64,000 nucleotides of DNA from an uncultured Bacilli bacterium. GTDB taxonomy: Bacteria; Bacillota_I; Bacilli_A; RF39; UBA660. The notes beneath the pieces are model-generated. The model made no database searches, was not told the DNA's origin, and was given only the letters and a program-made list of their open reading frames with translations. The first letter of the stretch is position 1. Every line of letters starts with the position of its first letter. The translations under genes were made by a program, and so were the position numbers. Positions 46,848-56,445 of this stretch are shown here, piece by piece. The stretch is taken from positions 6,703 through 70,702 of the forward strand of contig CAKPHZ010000002.1 of assembly GCA_934162265.1 (NCBI GenBank), in the 5' to 3' direction.

Positions 46848-46877
46848 AAAAAGTGGCCTTATGAAAGTCCACTTTTT
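46848..46877 (+). promoter_or_regulatory. leader hairpin plus T-run (candidate attenuator) upstream of rimP
   Basis: 9-bp stem AAAAAGTGG/CCACTTTTT with a 12-nt loop, about 15 nt downstream of the -10 and before the RBS. Confidence 0.5.
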
Positions 46878-46895
46878 ATATATTAGGAGGAATGT

Positions 46896-47153
46896 ATGAT
46901 AGAAGAAAAAGTCAGAAAATTAATTGAAGAACCAGTCAATAAAATGGGAATCACAATTGATAGCATTATTTATGAAAAAGAAGGAAATAATTACTTCTTA
47001 AGAATTGTGATTGATAGAATTAAACCAATAGACATTGATACATGTGTTGAAGTAACACATCTTATTAATCCATTATTAGATAATAGCGATATCATAAGTG
47101 ATAGTTATATATTAGATATATCTTCAAAAGAGAAAGGTGATAACAATGAATAA
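46896..47153 (+). CDS. rimP: ribosome maturation factor RimP, N-terminal domain only (85 aa)
   Basis: Conserved position before nusA. It has the N-terminal RimP pattern (..IEEPV...G..I.SI.YEKEG...FLRI.ID........D.C...T..I...LD......Y.LDISS) but ends where the Sm-like C-terminal domain normally begins. Confidence 0.65.
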   Translation: MIEEKVRKLIEEPVNKMGITIDSIIYEKEGNNYFLRIVIDRIKPIDIDTCVEVTHLINPLLDNSDIISDSYILDISSKEKGDNNE

Positions 47154-48306
47154 AAAACAAATGAAAGAATTTATGAAAGCTCTAAATACAATAGTAGAAG
47201 AAAAAGGAATCGATAGACAAATTGTCATCGAAGCAATGGAACAAGCCATGGCAGCCGCTTATAAAAAGAAAGGTGGACCTGCAAGATGTACGGTAAATCC
47301 AGAAACAGGAGAAATTAAACTATTCTCTGTCCGTACAGTTGTAGAAGATGAAAACTTCCGTGATGAAAAAAGCCAAATTTCTCTATCAGAAGCAAAAAAA
47401 AGAGTTCCTGATATTGAAATAGGAGAAACGATTGAAGATCCAGTTGAAATGACTGATTTCGGTAGAGTAGCGGCAGGAACAGCAAAACAAGTAGTAGTTC
47501 AAAGAATGAAAGAAGCAGAAAAAGATTTGATTGTAAAAGAATTAGGCGATAAACAAGATGAATTAGTCGTAGGAACTCTAGCAAGAGAAGATGCTAAAAC
47601 ATATTATGTAGATTTAGGAAAAACATTCGGTTTACTACCTAAAGATGAAATTATCCCAGGAGAAAAATTAGAAATGGGTTCTCAAGTAAAAGCATATGTT
47701 TCTAAACTAGAAATTGGAACCAAAGGAGTCTTCATCTTATTATCAAGAACTCACTATGGATTCTTAAAAAGATTATTAGAAATAGAAATCCCAGAAATTA
47801 ATGATGGAACAGTAATCTTATATTCAGTTGCTCGTGAAGCAGGATCAAGAAGTAAAATTGCTGTTTATACAGAAGAAGAAAATATTGAACCAATAGGTTG
47901 CGTAATTGGAAATGGTGGAAATCGTATCAATCGTGTTCTAAAACAAATTGGCAACGAAAAAATAGATGTTATTCTATATGATAAAAACCCAGTCCAATTC
48001 ATAAAAAATGCTTTAAGCCCAGCTAAAGATATTGAAGTATTTATTAAAGACTATAAGAAAAAAGAAGCAATAGCTATCGTTTCTAAAGATAACTTATCAT
48101 TAGCTATCGGAAAAAAAGGACAAAACGTTAAACTAGCATCAAGATTAACTCATTATAAAATTGAAGTAAAAGGTTATGATGATGTCAATATCGAAGAATA
48201 TCGTGAAAAATATTCTAACATAGCACCAGCAGAAGAAATATTACCACAAGAACAAGAAAATGATGGGAAAGTAGAGGATGATCATGAAGAAAGTGCCAAT
48301 GCGTAA
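47146..48306 (+). CDS. nusA: transcription termination/antitermination factor NusA
   Basis: N-terminal domain, S1 domain and two KH domains (GNGGNRINRV, IGKKGQNVKLASRL). AAAGGTGA lies 7 nt before the ATG at 47146. Confidence 0.9.
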   Translation: MNKKQMKEFMKALNTIVEEKGIDRQIVIEAMEQAMAAAYKKKGGPARCTVNPETGEIKLFSVRTVVEDENFRDEKSQISLSEAKKRVPDIEIGETIEDPVEMTDFGRVAAGTAKQVVVQRMKEAEKDLIVKELGDKQDELVVGTLAREDAKTYYVDLGKTFGLLPKDEIIPGEKLEMGSQVKAYVSKLEIGTKGVFILLSRTHYGFLKRLLEIEIPEINDGTVILYSVAREAGSRSKIAVYTEEENIEPIGCVIGNGGNRINRVLKQIGNEKIDVILYDKNPVQFIKNALSPAKDIEVFIKDYKKKEAIAIVSKDNLSLAIGKKGQNVKLASRLTHYKIEVKGYDDVNIEEYREKYSNIAPAEEILPQEQENDGKVEDDHEESANA

Positions 48307-48535
48307 ATGTATTGTTACTGGAGAAATATTAGAAAAAAACCAATTAATTCGTGTGGTGAGAAATAAAGAAGGAGAAGTCTTTATTGATCCAACAGGAAAA
48401 ATGAATGGCCGTGGAGCTTATTTAAAAAAAGATCTTGAGGTCATAAAAAAATGTCAAAAGAATAAAATATTAAATAGAAGGCTAGAAGTAGAAATACCAG
48501 ATAGCATTTATGAGGGGTTAGTGAAAATGATATAG
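48284..48535 (+). CDS. ylxR: YlxR/RnpM (DUF448) RNA-binding protein
   Basis: MKKVPMRKCIVTGE......LIRVV........D..GK.NGRGAYL. Conserved position after nusA. Confidence 0.8.
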   Translation: MKKVPMRKCIVTGEILEKNQLIRVVRNKEGEVFIDPTGKMNGRGAYLKKDLEVIKKCQKNKILNRRLEVEIPDSIYEGLVKMI

Positions 48536-48556
48536 ATATTTGGAGGTGATGCTCAA

Positions 48557-50686
48557 ATGATGAGTGTAAAAGAATATGCAAATGATGTAAATTTAGATGT
48601 AACAACAATTATGGAGTTATGTAAAAAATTAAAAATACAAGTCCAATCCACTGAAGATATACTAGATGATGATGCCATTATTTTATTAGATAATGAGATT
48701 ATAAACTTAAAAGAAGAACAAGCAGACGAAGTAGAAATTATTGAAGAGGAAGAAGAACTAATAGAAAGTAGCAAAGATTTTGTACCTAATCAAAATTCAA
48801 ATAATAAAACACAGCAAGCCAAAAAGAAGAAAAAACAAAATAAAAATATAACACAAAATAAAAAAAATGATTTTAAAAAACAAAGAAAAGAAATGTACAA
48901 GCATAAAGATAAATTAAAATCAAATACTTATCAATTAGATGAGAGTATAGTTCTTTATAAAGAAGGAATGACAGTAGGAGAATTTGCTACAGCATTAAAT
49001 ACATCAGTAGGAGAAGTTATTAAGAAATTAATGTCACTTGGTATGATGATGAATTTAAATCAAGTAATTGATTTTGATACTGCTGCAATTATTAGTAGTG
49101 ACTTTGGTAGAGAATTAAAAAGAGAAGAAACAACAGATGAAGTAAATTTTGAAGAATTAGAACTTCAAGATAGCGAAGAAGAATTAGTAAAACGCCCACC
49201 TGTTGTTACCATTATGGGACATGTTGATCATGGAAAAACAACTCTTCTAGATACCATCAGAAAAACAAATGTAGTATCAGGAGAAGCAGGAGGAATTACT
49301 CAAGCAATAGGAGCATATCAAATTACTTATCAAGGAAATAAATTAACATTTATTGATACACCAGGACATGCTGCATTTACAGAAATGAGAGCTAGAGGAG
49401 CAAGTGTTACAGATATTGTTATTATTATCGTAGCAGCAGATGATGGGGTAATGCCACAAACCAAAGAAGCAATTGATCATGCTAAAGCAGCAGGAGTACC
49501 AATTATTGTTGCCGTAAACAAAATGGATAAACCAGATGCAAATCCAGAAAGAGTATTAACAGAAATGGCAGAATCAGGAATCATCCCAGAAGAATGGGGA
49601 GGCGACACAATGTTTGTCAATATCTCTGCTAAAACAGGAATGGGAATTAGCGATTTACTAGAACGAATTTTATTAATCAGTGACCTTGAAGAGTTAAAAG
49701 CTAATCCAAATCGTTACGCAAGTGGTACAGTAATCGAATCAAAAATGGATAAGAATCTAGGAGTTGTTAGTACCCTTCTAATTCAAAATGGAACTCTTCG
49801 TTTAGGAGATGCTATTGTTGTAGGAACTTGTGCTGGTAAGGTTAGAACTTTAAAAAATGATCTAAATGAATCACTAGTCAGTGCAGAACCAAGTACACCA
49901 GTTACCATTACTGGATTAAGTGAAAGTCCATCAGCTGGAGATAAATTTATGGTATTTGAAAACGAAAAGAAAGCAAAATCTATCGCCAGTGAAAGAGCTT
50001 TAAAATTAAAAAACAACAATAAGCAAACTCAAGAAACAGTTTCTTTAGATGATTTATTTAATCGAATTAATGAAGGAGCTAAAGAAATAAATGTTATCTT
50101 AAAAGCAGATGTTAAAGGTAGTGAAGAAGCAGTAAGAAACTCTCTACTAAAACTAGATGTTGAAGGAGTACATATCAATATTATTCGTAGTGGAATTGGA
50201 ACAGTATCACCAACTGATATCACCCTAGCCGCCGCAAGTAACGCAATTATCATCGGCTTTAATATCAGACCAGATAACAAAACCATGGATTTTGCTAAAG
50301 AAAGAAACGTAGATATTCGTCTTTATAATATTATTTATAAATTAGTAGAAGAAGTAGAAGCCGCAATGAAAGGAAAACTAGATCCAATCTTCGAAGAACA
50401 AATCTTAGGAAATGCTGAAGTAAGAAAATTATTTAAATTCTCTAAAGTAGGAACAATAGCAGGCTCTATGGTCACAAATGGAATAATTAAAAGAGATGCC
50501 AAAGCAAGAGTTATTCGTGATGGCGTAATCATTTATGATGGCGCAATCAATACCGTAGCCCGAGAAAAAGATCAAGTAAAAGAAGTAAAAAGTGGTATAG
50601 AATGTGGAATTACCATCGAAAACTTTAATGATATCAAACCAGGAGATATTATTGAAGCTTATGAAATTGTAGAAAAAGAAAGATAA
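48557..50686 (+). CDS. infB: translation initiation factor IF-2
   Basis: G domain [21 protein letters not shown]. The N-terminal region is K-rich. 709 aa. Confidence 0.95.
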   Translation: MMSVKEYANDVNLDVTTIMELCKKLKIQVQSTEDILDDDAIILLDNEIINLKEEQADEVEIIEEEEELIESSKDFVPNQNSNNKTQQAKKKKKQNKNITQNKKNDFKKQRKEMYKHKDKLKSNTYQLDESIVLYKEGMTVGEFATALNTSVGEVIKKLMSLGMMMNLNQVIDFDTAAIISSDFGRELKREETTDEVNFEELELQDSEEELVKRPPVVTIMGHVDHGKTTLLDTIRKTNVVSGEAGGITQAIGAYQITYQGNKLTFIDTPGHAAFTEMRARGASVTDIVIIIVAADDGVMPQTKEAIDHAKAAGVPIIVAVNKMDKPDANPERVLTEMAESGIIPEEWGGDTMFVNISAKTGMGISDLLERILLISDLEELKANPNRYASGTVIESKMDKNLGVVSTLLIQNGTLRLGDAIVVGTCAGKVRTLKNDLNESLVSAEPSTPVTITGLSESPSAGDKFMVFENEKKAKSIASERALKLKNNNKQTQETVSLDDLFNRINEGAKEINVILKADVKGSEEAVRNSLLKLDVEGVHINIIRSGIGTVSPTDITLAAASNAIIIGFNIRPDNKTMDFAKERNVDIRLYNIIYKLVEEVEAAMKGKLDPIFEEQILGNAEVRKLFKFSKVGTIAGSMVTNGIIKRDAKARVIRDGVIIYDGAINTVAREKDQVKEVKSGIECGITIENFNDIKPGDIIEAYEIVEKER

Positions 50687-50813
50687 ACGAAAAATACTTA
50701 TTTATTCTTTTCTAAAGATTTTTAAAGAAAAAAATTTACATCTAAGGTTTATGTTCCTTGGAATCCACGTTGATATTGTATTAGAGGATTTTTTTAAAAT
50801 ACTTTTATATATA

Positions 50814-50842
50814 TTGACAAACATTTCTAAAAGCACTATAAT
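50814..50842 (+). promoter_or_regulatory. consensus sigma-A promoter of the T-box leader
   Basis: TTGACA, a 17-nt spacer, then TATAAT. Confidence 0.65.
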
Positions 50843-50854
50843 TAAACCATATTT

Positions 50855-51080
50855 TTGAAAGCTGTGAAGAAGAAGAGTAAAATATATTCAAATCATAGAG
50901 AGTTAATGGTTGGTGTAAATTAACATTTGAAATATTTGAATGAAGCTTTGAAGCAGAATAATGTATACAAGTTATTCCGTTAATCGCGTTAAGATATGGA
51001 GATGTATGGTTAATTTAATTAACTATATAATTAAGGTGGTACCACGATAGATTCGTCCTTATTGGATGAGTCTATTTTTT
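50855..51080 (+). promoter_or_regulatory. T-box riboswitch leader, probable Glu (GAA) specifier
   Basis: GAAG-AAGAGUA specifier-loop 5' side, AGAGAG plus GGTTGGTGTAA distal elements. The 3' loop GAAU-GAA-G lies next to the closing helix (GAA at 50942-50944). T-box sequence AATTAAGGTGGTACCACG at 51029-51046. The terminator ATAGATTCGTCC/GGATGAGTCTAT plus T-run ends at 51080. Confidence 0.8.
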
Positions 51081-51094
51081 ATTTAAAGAAAGGA

Positions 51095-52735
51095 ATGATA
51101 GAAATGAATTATGATGATTTAGCTAATTTATTGTACCCAGATGTTACCAAAACAATAGATGATTTAGAGAAGATGTATCCTAAAAGAAATCTACCAGAAG
51201 GTGCAGAGGTAATGAGATTTGCACCTAGTCCAACAGGTAGAATGCATTTGGGAAATCTTTATGCTTCTTTTATTCCAGAAGTTATTGCTAAACAAACTAA
51301 TGGAATATTTATTGTAAGAATTGAAGATACTGATCAGAAAAGAAAAATTGAAAATGGAATTGAATTAGGAATAAATGACTTAGAACACTATAATTATAAA
51401 GTAGATGAAGATCCTATTAAAGGTGGTAATTATGGACCATATATTCAATCACAAAGAATCAACATATACCATACAATTGCCAAATATCTTGTTTCTGTAG
51501 GTAGAGCATATCCCTGTTTTTGCTCTGAAGAAGACTTAAATCAGATGAGACAAATTCAAGAAAGTAAAAAAGATAGAATTGGTTATTATGGACATTATGC
51601 AAAGTGTCGTAATTTAACCTATGATGAAATAAAAAAACATATTGATAAAGGTGATAAATGGGTATTGAGATTAAAATCAAAAGGAAACTTTAATAGTCAA
51701 ATAATACTTAAAGATTTAGTAAAAGGAACAATAAAATTACCAGAAAATGATTTAGACCAAGTAATAGTTAAATCTGATGGTATTCCCCCATATGCCTTTG
51801 CACATGTGTGTGATGATCATTTTATGAGAGTTACAATTGTTACAAGAGATGATTCTTATATTTCCTCTGTTCCATATCATTTGGAATTATGGAAAGCTTG
51901 TGGATTTGAACCTCCAAAATTTGCACACCTTCTACCATTAAATATTAAAGATGGTGATTCAGTAAGAAAAATCAGTAAAAGAAAAGATCCCAAAGCAGCA
52001 GCAATATATTATCATGAAAAAGGAATTCCTGTAGAAGCAATTAAATTGTATTTTGCAACCTTAATGAATTCTAATTTTGATAGTTGGTATTTACAAAATC
52101 CAACTAAATCTTATAGAGATTTTAAATTTTCTTTTAGCAAAATGAGTAAAAATGGAGCATTATTCGATTTAGATAAAATAATAAATATATCTAGAAACTA
52201 TATTTCAAGATTAACAGCAAAAGAAGTATATAATAACCTATTACAATGGACTTTAGAATTTGATAAACCTTTTGCCGAACTAATAACAAAGTATAAATTA
52301 TATACGATCAATATTTTAAATATAGAAAGAGAACAAAAAAAACCTAGAAAAGATTTCTGTTGTTATTCTGAAATAAAATCATATATATGGTATATGTATA
52401 ATGAATTGTTTAATAACATTGAATATGAATGGCAAAATATCAATAATATAAATGAAATTAGAACCATTTTAACGGATTATATAAATAATTATTATAATAT
52501 AGCTGATGATAAAGATACTTGGTTTAATAAGATGAAAGAATTATCAGATAAATATGGATATTGTTCCAATGTAAAATTGTATAAAGAAAAACCTAATGAT
52601 TATAAAGGAAGTATTATTGATATAAGTATAATTATTAGAGTAGCATTAACAAGTAAATCTACGACACCAGATTTATACGAAATAATGAAATTATTAGGAA
52701 TAGAAAACATCAAAAAGAGAATAAGTTTATTATAA
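51095..52735 (+). CDS. gltX: glutamyl-tRNA synthetase-like class I aaRS (divergent, long form)
   Basis: RFAPSPTGRMHLGN (HIGH region), VRIEDTDQKR, YIQSQR, AYPCFC, DGIPPYAFAHVCDDH, KISKRK (KMSKS). The track's TTG start at 51062 lies inside the T-box terminator, so the real start is the ATG at 51095 or 51104. Confidence 0.75.
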   Translation: MIEMNYDDLANLLYPDVTKTIDDLEKMYPKRNLPEGAEVMRFAPSPTGRMHLGNLYASFIPEVIAKQTNGIFIVRIEDTDQKRKIENGIELGINDLEHYNYKVDEDPIKGGNYGPYIQSQRINIYHTIAKYLVSVGRAYPCFCSEEDLNQMRQIQESKKDRIGYYGHYAKCRNLTYDEIKKHIDKGDKWVLRLKSKGNFNSQIILKDLVKGTIKLPENDLDQVIVKSDGIPPYAFAHVCDDHFMRVTIVTRDDSYISSVPYHLELWKACGFEPPKFAHLLPLNIKDGDSVRKISKRKDPKAAAIYYHEKGIPVEAIKLYFATLMNSNFDSWYLQNPTKSYRDFKFSFSKMSKNGALFDLDKIINISRNYISRLTAKEVYNNLLQWTLEFDKPFAELITKYKLYTINILNIEREQKKPRKDFCCYSEIKSYIWYMYNELFNNIEYEWQNINNINEIRTILTDYINNYYNIADDKDTWFNKMKELSDKYGYCSNVKLYKEKPNDYKGSIIDISIIIRVALTSKSTTPDLYEIMKLLGIENIKKRISLL

Positions 52736-52791
52736 AATTTCTTTTCATACTTAATTATCATTAATTATTTATTTGGTACATAAGAATTATT

Positions 52792-52817
52792 AAGTTCTTC
52801 ATTTCAAGAACTTTTTT
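52792..52817 (+). terminator. intrinsic terminator
   Basis: AAGTTCTT-CATTTC-AAGAACTT plus a T-run. Confidence 0.65.
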
Positions 52818-53021
52818 CTTTTCCTTTTAAATTTATTCAATAAAAAATAAATTTAAGTATTTTAATGAGAATATGAATTTATCTCTCCCTATTTATTAGC
52901 TATTCAATTTTTTAGATTTTAACATGAAACGAGAATTTCACTTAATATAGAGAATAAGAATAAATAAGTATTTTTTCCCCTCTAAATTAAATAAATATTT
53001 ATTTTCATAAAGTATTAGATA

Positions 53022-53030
53022 TGATATAAT
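53022..53030 (+). promoter_or_regulatory. extended -10 element (TGATATAAT) upstream of map
   Basis: A TGnTATAAT match 23 nt upstream of the map ATG. No clear -35. Confidence 0.45.
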
Positions 53031-53052
53031 ACTAGAGAAAGAAGTTGATTTT

Positions 53053-53802
53053 ATGATTACAATAAAAAGCAAAGAAGAAATAGAATTAATGAGAAAAGCA
53101 GGCTACTTAGTAAGCTTAACCCATCAATATTTAAAACCTTTTATCAAGTCTGGAATAACAACCAAAGAATTAGATACATTAGCCGAAAGATTTATCAAAG
53201 AACATGATGGCATTCCCACTTGTAAAGGCTATGAAGGATATCCAGCTACATTATGTGTAAGTGTTAATGATGAAGTTGTTCATGGTATTCCAGGAAAAAG
53301 AAAATTAAAAAATGGCGATATTGTTAGTATCGATATGGTAATAGGTTATCATGGTTATCAAGGAGATGCCGCTTGGACCTATGCTGTGGGTGATATTAGT
53401 GAAGAAAAAAAATATTTAATGGAACACACTGAAAAAGCTCTATACGAAGGAATCAAGCAAGTAAAACCAGGCAACCATATTGGCGATATTTCCCATGCTG
53501 TAGAAACCTATGCTACAAAACACAATTTAGGTGTTGTAAAAGAATTAGTAGGTCATGGAATAGGAACTGAAATGCATGAAGATCCTGATGTTCCAAATTA
53601 TGGAAAAGCTGGAACAGGTCCAAAATTAAAACCAGGAATGGTTATTTGTATTGAACCCATGCTAAACTTAGGAAGTGCTGCTGTTGGAATATTAGATGAT
53701 GATTGGACAATAGTAACCGAAGATGGAAATCCAGCTTCCCACTATGAACACACCATTTTAGTAACCAAAGATGGATATGAAATACTAACGCCAAGAATAT
53801 AA
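53053..53802 (+). CDS. map: methionine aminopeptidase type I
   Basis: 249 aa with metal ligands in context (D..IGY.GY.GD, HGIG, EP, EHT). Confidence 0.9.
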   Translation: MITIKSKEEIELMRKAGYLVSLTHQYLKPFIKSGITTKELDTLAERFIKEHDGIPTCKGYEGYPATLCVSVNDEVVHGIPGKRKLKNGDIVSIDMVIGYHGYQGDAAWTYAVGDISEEKKYLMEHTEKALYEGIKQVKPGNHIGDISHAVETYATKHNLGVVKELVGHGIGTEMHEDPDVPNYGKAGTGPKLKPGMVICIEPMLNLGSAAVGILDDDWTIVTEDGNPASHYEHTILVTKDGYEILTPRI

Positions 53803-53811
53803 GGAAATATT

Positions 53812-54384
53812 ATGATAGAAGAAATAGAAAAATATGCAAAAGAACATAAAGTTCCTATTATGTTAAAAGATGGAATAGAATACTTATGTAACTATATCCA
53901 AGAAAATCATATCCAAAATATCTTAGAAATCGGAACAGCAATTGGTTATTCAGCAATCAAAATGGCTTTAGTTAAAGAAAATATCCATATTACTACAATA
54001 GAAAGAGATGAAGAAAGGTACAATATTGCTCTAGAAAATATTCAAAATATGCACTTAGAAGATAGAATTACCCTAATATTAGGAGATGCCATGGAAGTCA
54101 ATGTAACAGGCAATTTTGATCTAATTTTTATTGATGCTTCCAAAGGACATAGCATTGATTTCTTTGAAAAATATGAACCCTACTTAAAAAAAGGAGGTAC
54201 AATCATAACCGATAATCTTTCTTTTCATGGGTTAGTAGAAAATGAAGCATTAGCAGTTACTAAAAATCAAAAAGGCTTAGTAAAAAGAATCAAAAAATTT
54301 ATAGACTTCTTAGAAAATAATCCAAACTATTGTACAAGCTATATAGAAGTAGGAGATAAAATCAGTATTTCTATAAAAAAATAA
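53812..54384 (+). CDS. trmR: class I SAM-dependent O-methyltransferase, YrrM/TrmR type (tRNA mo5U34)
   Basis: LEIGTAIGYSA and FIDASK motifs. It sits immediately upstream of the two U32 genes, as in the B. subtilis yrrM-yrrN-yrrO arrangement. Confidence 0.7.
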   Translation: MIEEIEKYAKEHKVPIMLKDGIEYLCNYIQENHIQNILEIGTAIGYSAIKMALVKENIHITTIERDEERYNIALENIQNMHLEDRITLILGDAMEVNVTGNFDLIFIDASKGHSIDFFEKYEPYLKKGGTIITDNLSFHGLVENEALAVTKNQKGLVKRIKKFIDFLENNPNYCTSYIEVGDKISISIKK

Positions 54385-54397
54385 AGGAGGAATTGAA

Positions 54398-55219
54398 TTG
54401 AAAAAAATACTTATTATTCCCAATAGCCTAGACTTATTAGGCAGTGTTTTAGAAAAAGATGTTGCAGGTGTAATCCTTCCCATTACTAATTTATCAGTAA
54501 ATCGAGATCTCACATTCTCATTAGAAGAAATAAAAACTATCCTTAATATGACTTCCAAAGAAATTTCTGTATCAATCAATAAAATTATGCATAATTCTGA
54601 TTTAAAAGAATTAGAAAATACTCTAGTAGCATTAAATAAAATGAATATTAGTAAAATTTTCTTTTATGATTTAGCAGTCTTAAACATTTGCAAAAGATTA
54701 GGAATCAAAAAAGATTTAGTAATCTTCCAAGAACATCTAAATACTAGCATTTATTCAAACCATTTTTGGAAAAAGAATGGCGTAAAGTATACAGTAATCT
54801 CTAATGATATTACGAAAGAAGAAATCAATGAAATCTCTCCCTCTATGCCTCTTATGCTAATTAGTTATGGTTATATTCCAATCTTCTATTCTAGAAGATA
54901 TTTAATTACAAATTACTTAAATTATATTCACGAAAATAAAGAAAAAGGACATTACTATATTAAGAATAAAGAAGATAAATATCCAATTGTCGAAGAAGAA
55001 TATGGAACAACAATCTATACCAAAGAACCCATTAATTTAATTAATGAAATAAAAAATATTAAAGTAGAATACTTAATCCTAAATTCAACCTTAATAGAAA
55101 ATAAAGTCTTTTTAAGTACTTTAGATCAATACTTAAAGGAAGAAGAAGACAATCATAAACATTATACAGGCTTCTTAAACGAAAAGACCATTTATAGAGT
55201 AGGAGATAAAAATCAATGA
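54398..55219 (+). CDS. trhP1: peptidase U32-family protein, YrrN/TrhP1 type (tRNA ho5U34 synthesis)
   Basis: 273 aa, the short U32 paralogue, with a TTG start after AAGGAGG. Call supported by synteny with trmR and the long U32 gene. Confidence 0.6.
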   Translation: MKKILIIPNSLDLLGSVLEKDVAGVILPITNLSVNRDLTFSLEEIKTILNMTSKEISVSINKIMHNSDLKELENTLVALNKMNISKIFFYDLAVLNICKRLGIKKDLVIFQEHLNTSIYSNHFWKKNGVKYTVISNDITKEEINEISPSMPLMLISYGYIPIFYSRRYLITNYLNYIHENKEKGHYYIKNKEDKYPIVEEEYGTTIYTKEPINLINEIKNIKVEYLILNSTLIENKVFLSTLDQYLKEEEDNHKHYTGFLNEKTIYRVGDKNQ

Positions 55220-56415
55220 AAAAAGTAGAATTATTAGCACCAGCTGGCGATATAGAAAAATTAAAATTTGCCTATCTCTATGGAGCAGATGCAGTTTATA
55301 TTGGAGGAAAAAATTATAGTTTACGTGCCAATGCCAAAAACTTCTCCAACGAAGAAATTAAAGAAGCTGCGTGTATTGCCCATTCTCTAGGAAAAAAATT
55401 ATATGTAACAGTTAATATTACTTTTCATAATGAAGATTATCAAGGATTGTTAGAATATTTAAAAGAATTAGAAAAATATAAAGTAGATGCTATTATCGTA
55501 TCAGATATGGCTGTTGTAGATTTAGTAAACCAAGAAAAATTAAATCTTAAAATTCATATCTCTACCCAAATGTCCAACGCTAATATCGAAAGCGTTAGTT
55601 TCCTAAAAGATCAAGGGGTAGAAAGAGTAGTATTAGCCAGAGAATGCTCTAAGGAAAACATCAGGGAAATTATCGAAAAAACAGGGGTTGAAATTGAATG
55701 TTTTCTTCATGGAGCTATGTGTTCCTCTTATTCAGGAAGATGTGTTTTATCTAATTATTTTACCAAAAGAGATGCTAATCGTGGAGGATGTGCTCAAATT
55801 TGTCGCTGGTGCTTTGAACTAGAAAAAGAAAACCAAAAAAAATCTAATGAAACAGAATTTACAATGTCTTCAAAAGATTTATCATTAATTAATTCTCTAA
55901 AAGAAATGATTGAAATAGGAATTACTTCCCTAAAAGTAGAAGGAAGAATGCGAAGCAACTATTATATTGCAACAGTAATCAGCACTTATCGTGAAGCAAT
56001 TGATCATATTTATAAAAATACTTATACAAAATCTTTACAAGAATATTATCAAAAAGTATTAAATAGAGTTGCCAACCGTGAAAGCACCGATCAATTCTTT
56101 AATACCTTTCCAGGAGTAGAAGCCCAGTACTATCTAGGTAGACAAGAAGTATCTAATCAAGATTTTTTAGGAATTGTTCTAGATTACGACAAAAAAGAAA
56201 AATTGGTAACCTTAACGCAAAGAAACTACTTCAAACCAGAAGATGAAGTAGAAATGTTTGGTCCAAATATTCAAGCCTTCTCATTTAAAGTTCCTAAAAT
56301 TTATAACGAAGAGATGAAAGAAGTAGAAGTCGCTAGACACCCACAAGAAGTCATAAAATTTTATTTAGATAAAGAAGTATACCCTAATGATATAATGAGA
56401 ATAAAAATAAAATAA
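55216..56415 (+). CDS. trhP2: peptidase U32-family protein, YrrO/TrhP2 type (tRNA ho5U34 synthesis)
   Basis: ELLAPAG, GADAVYIGG, and the U32 signature E.FLHGAMCSSYSGRCVLSNY. ATGA overlap with the upstream gene. Confidence 0.7.
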   Translation: MKKVELLAPAGDIEKLKFAYLYGADAVYIGGKNYSLRANAKNFSNEEIKEAACIAHSLGKKLYVTVNITFHNEDYQGLLEYLKELEKYKVDAIIVSDMAVVDLVNQEKLNLKIHISTQMSNANIESVSFLKDQGVERVVLARECSKENIREIIEKTGVEIECFLHGAMCSSYSGRCVLSNYFTKRDANRGGCAQICRWCFELEKENQKKSNETEFTMSSKDLSLINSLKEMIEIGITSLKVEGRMRSNYYIATVISTYREAIDHIYKNTYTKSLQEYYQKVLNRVANRESTDQFFNTFPGVEAQYYLGRQEVSNQDFLGIVLDYDKKEKLVTLTQRNYFKPEDEVEMFGPNIQAFSFKVPKIYNEEMKEVEVARHPQEVIKFYLDKEVYPNDIMRIKIK

Positions 56416-56445
56416 AATTTAAATTAAACTATTATGGAGGAAAAA

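Noticed and set aside
48553-48774. Short antisense or out-of-frame ORFs inside long genes. Examples: 1756-1968, 6001-6207, 7052-7249, 10502-10804, 11663-11866, 13814-14011, five inside ileS, two inside addB, 28566-28748, 42438-42692, 46064-46255, 47315-47584, 48553-48774, three inside infB, 51459-51680 and 54310-54579.
   Set aside because: All are fully embedded in well-supported genes on the opposite strand or in another frame. Their translations are low-complexity (S/L/F/I-rich), they lack ribosome-binding sites, and their sizes (60-100 aa) are expected by chance in AT-rich DNA.
50940-50942. Alternative specifier readings (AUG or UGA) in the second T-box leader.
   Set aside because: The codon adjacent to the closing helix and followed by a purine is GAA. 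The same rule gives AUC in the ileS leader, so GAA matches the downstream GluRS-like gene. The other registers come from counting out from the upper helix. This still needs a covariance-model alignment.
4843-52974. The motif AAAATACTTA / TAAGTATTTT recurs at gene 3' ends and looked like a dispersed REP-like family. Copies are at 4843, 33692, 36739, 43381 and 50691, with reverse-complement copies at 29802, 33702, 38991 and 52965.
   Set aside because: The same 10-mer occurs at least five times inside coding sequence as the codons K-N-T-Y (near 18530, 21690, 24979, 31431 and 56015), so it is generally over-represented. Only the two 20-nt palindromes flanking the helicase cassette are specific enough to report.
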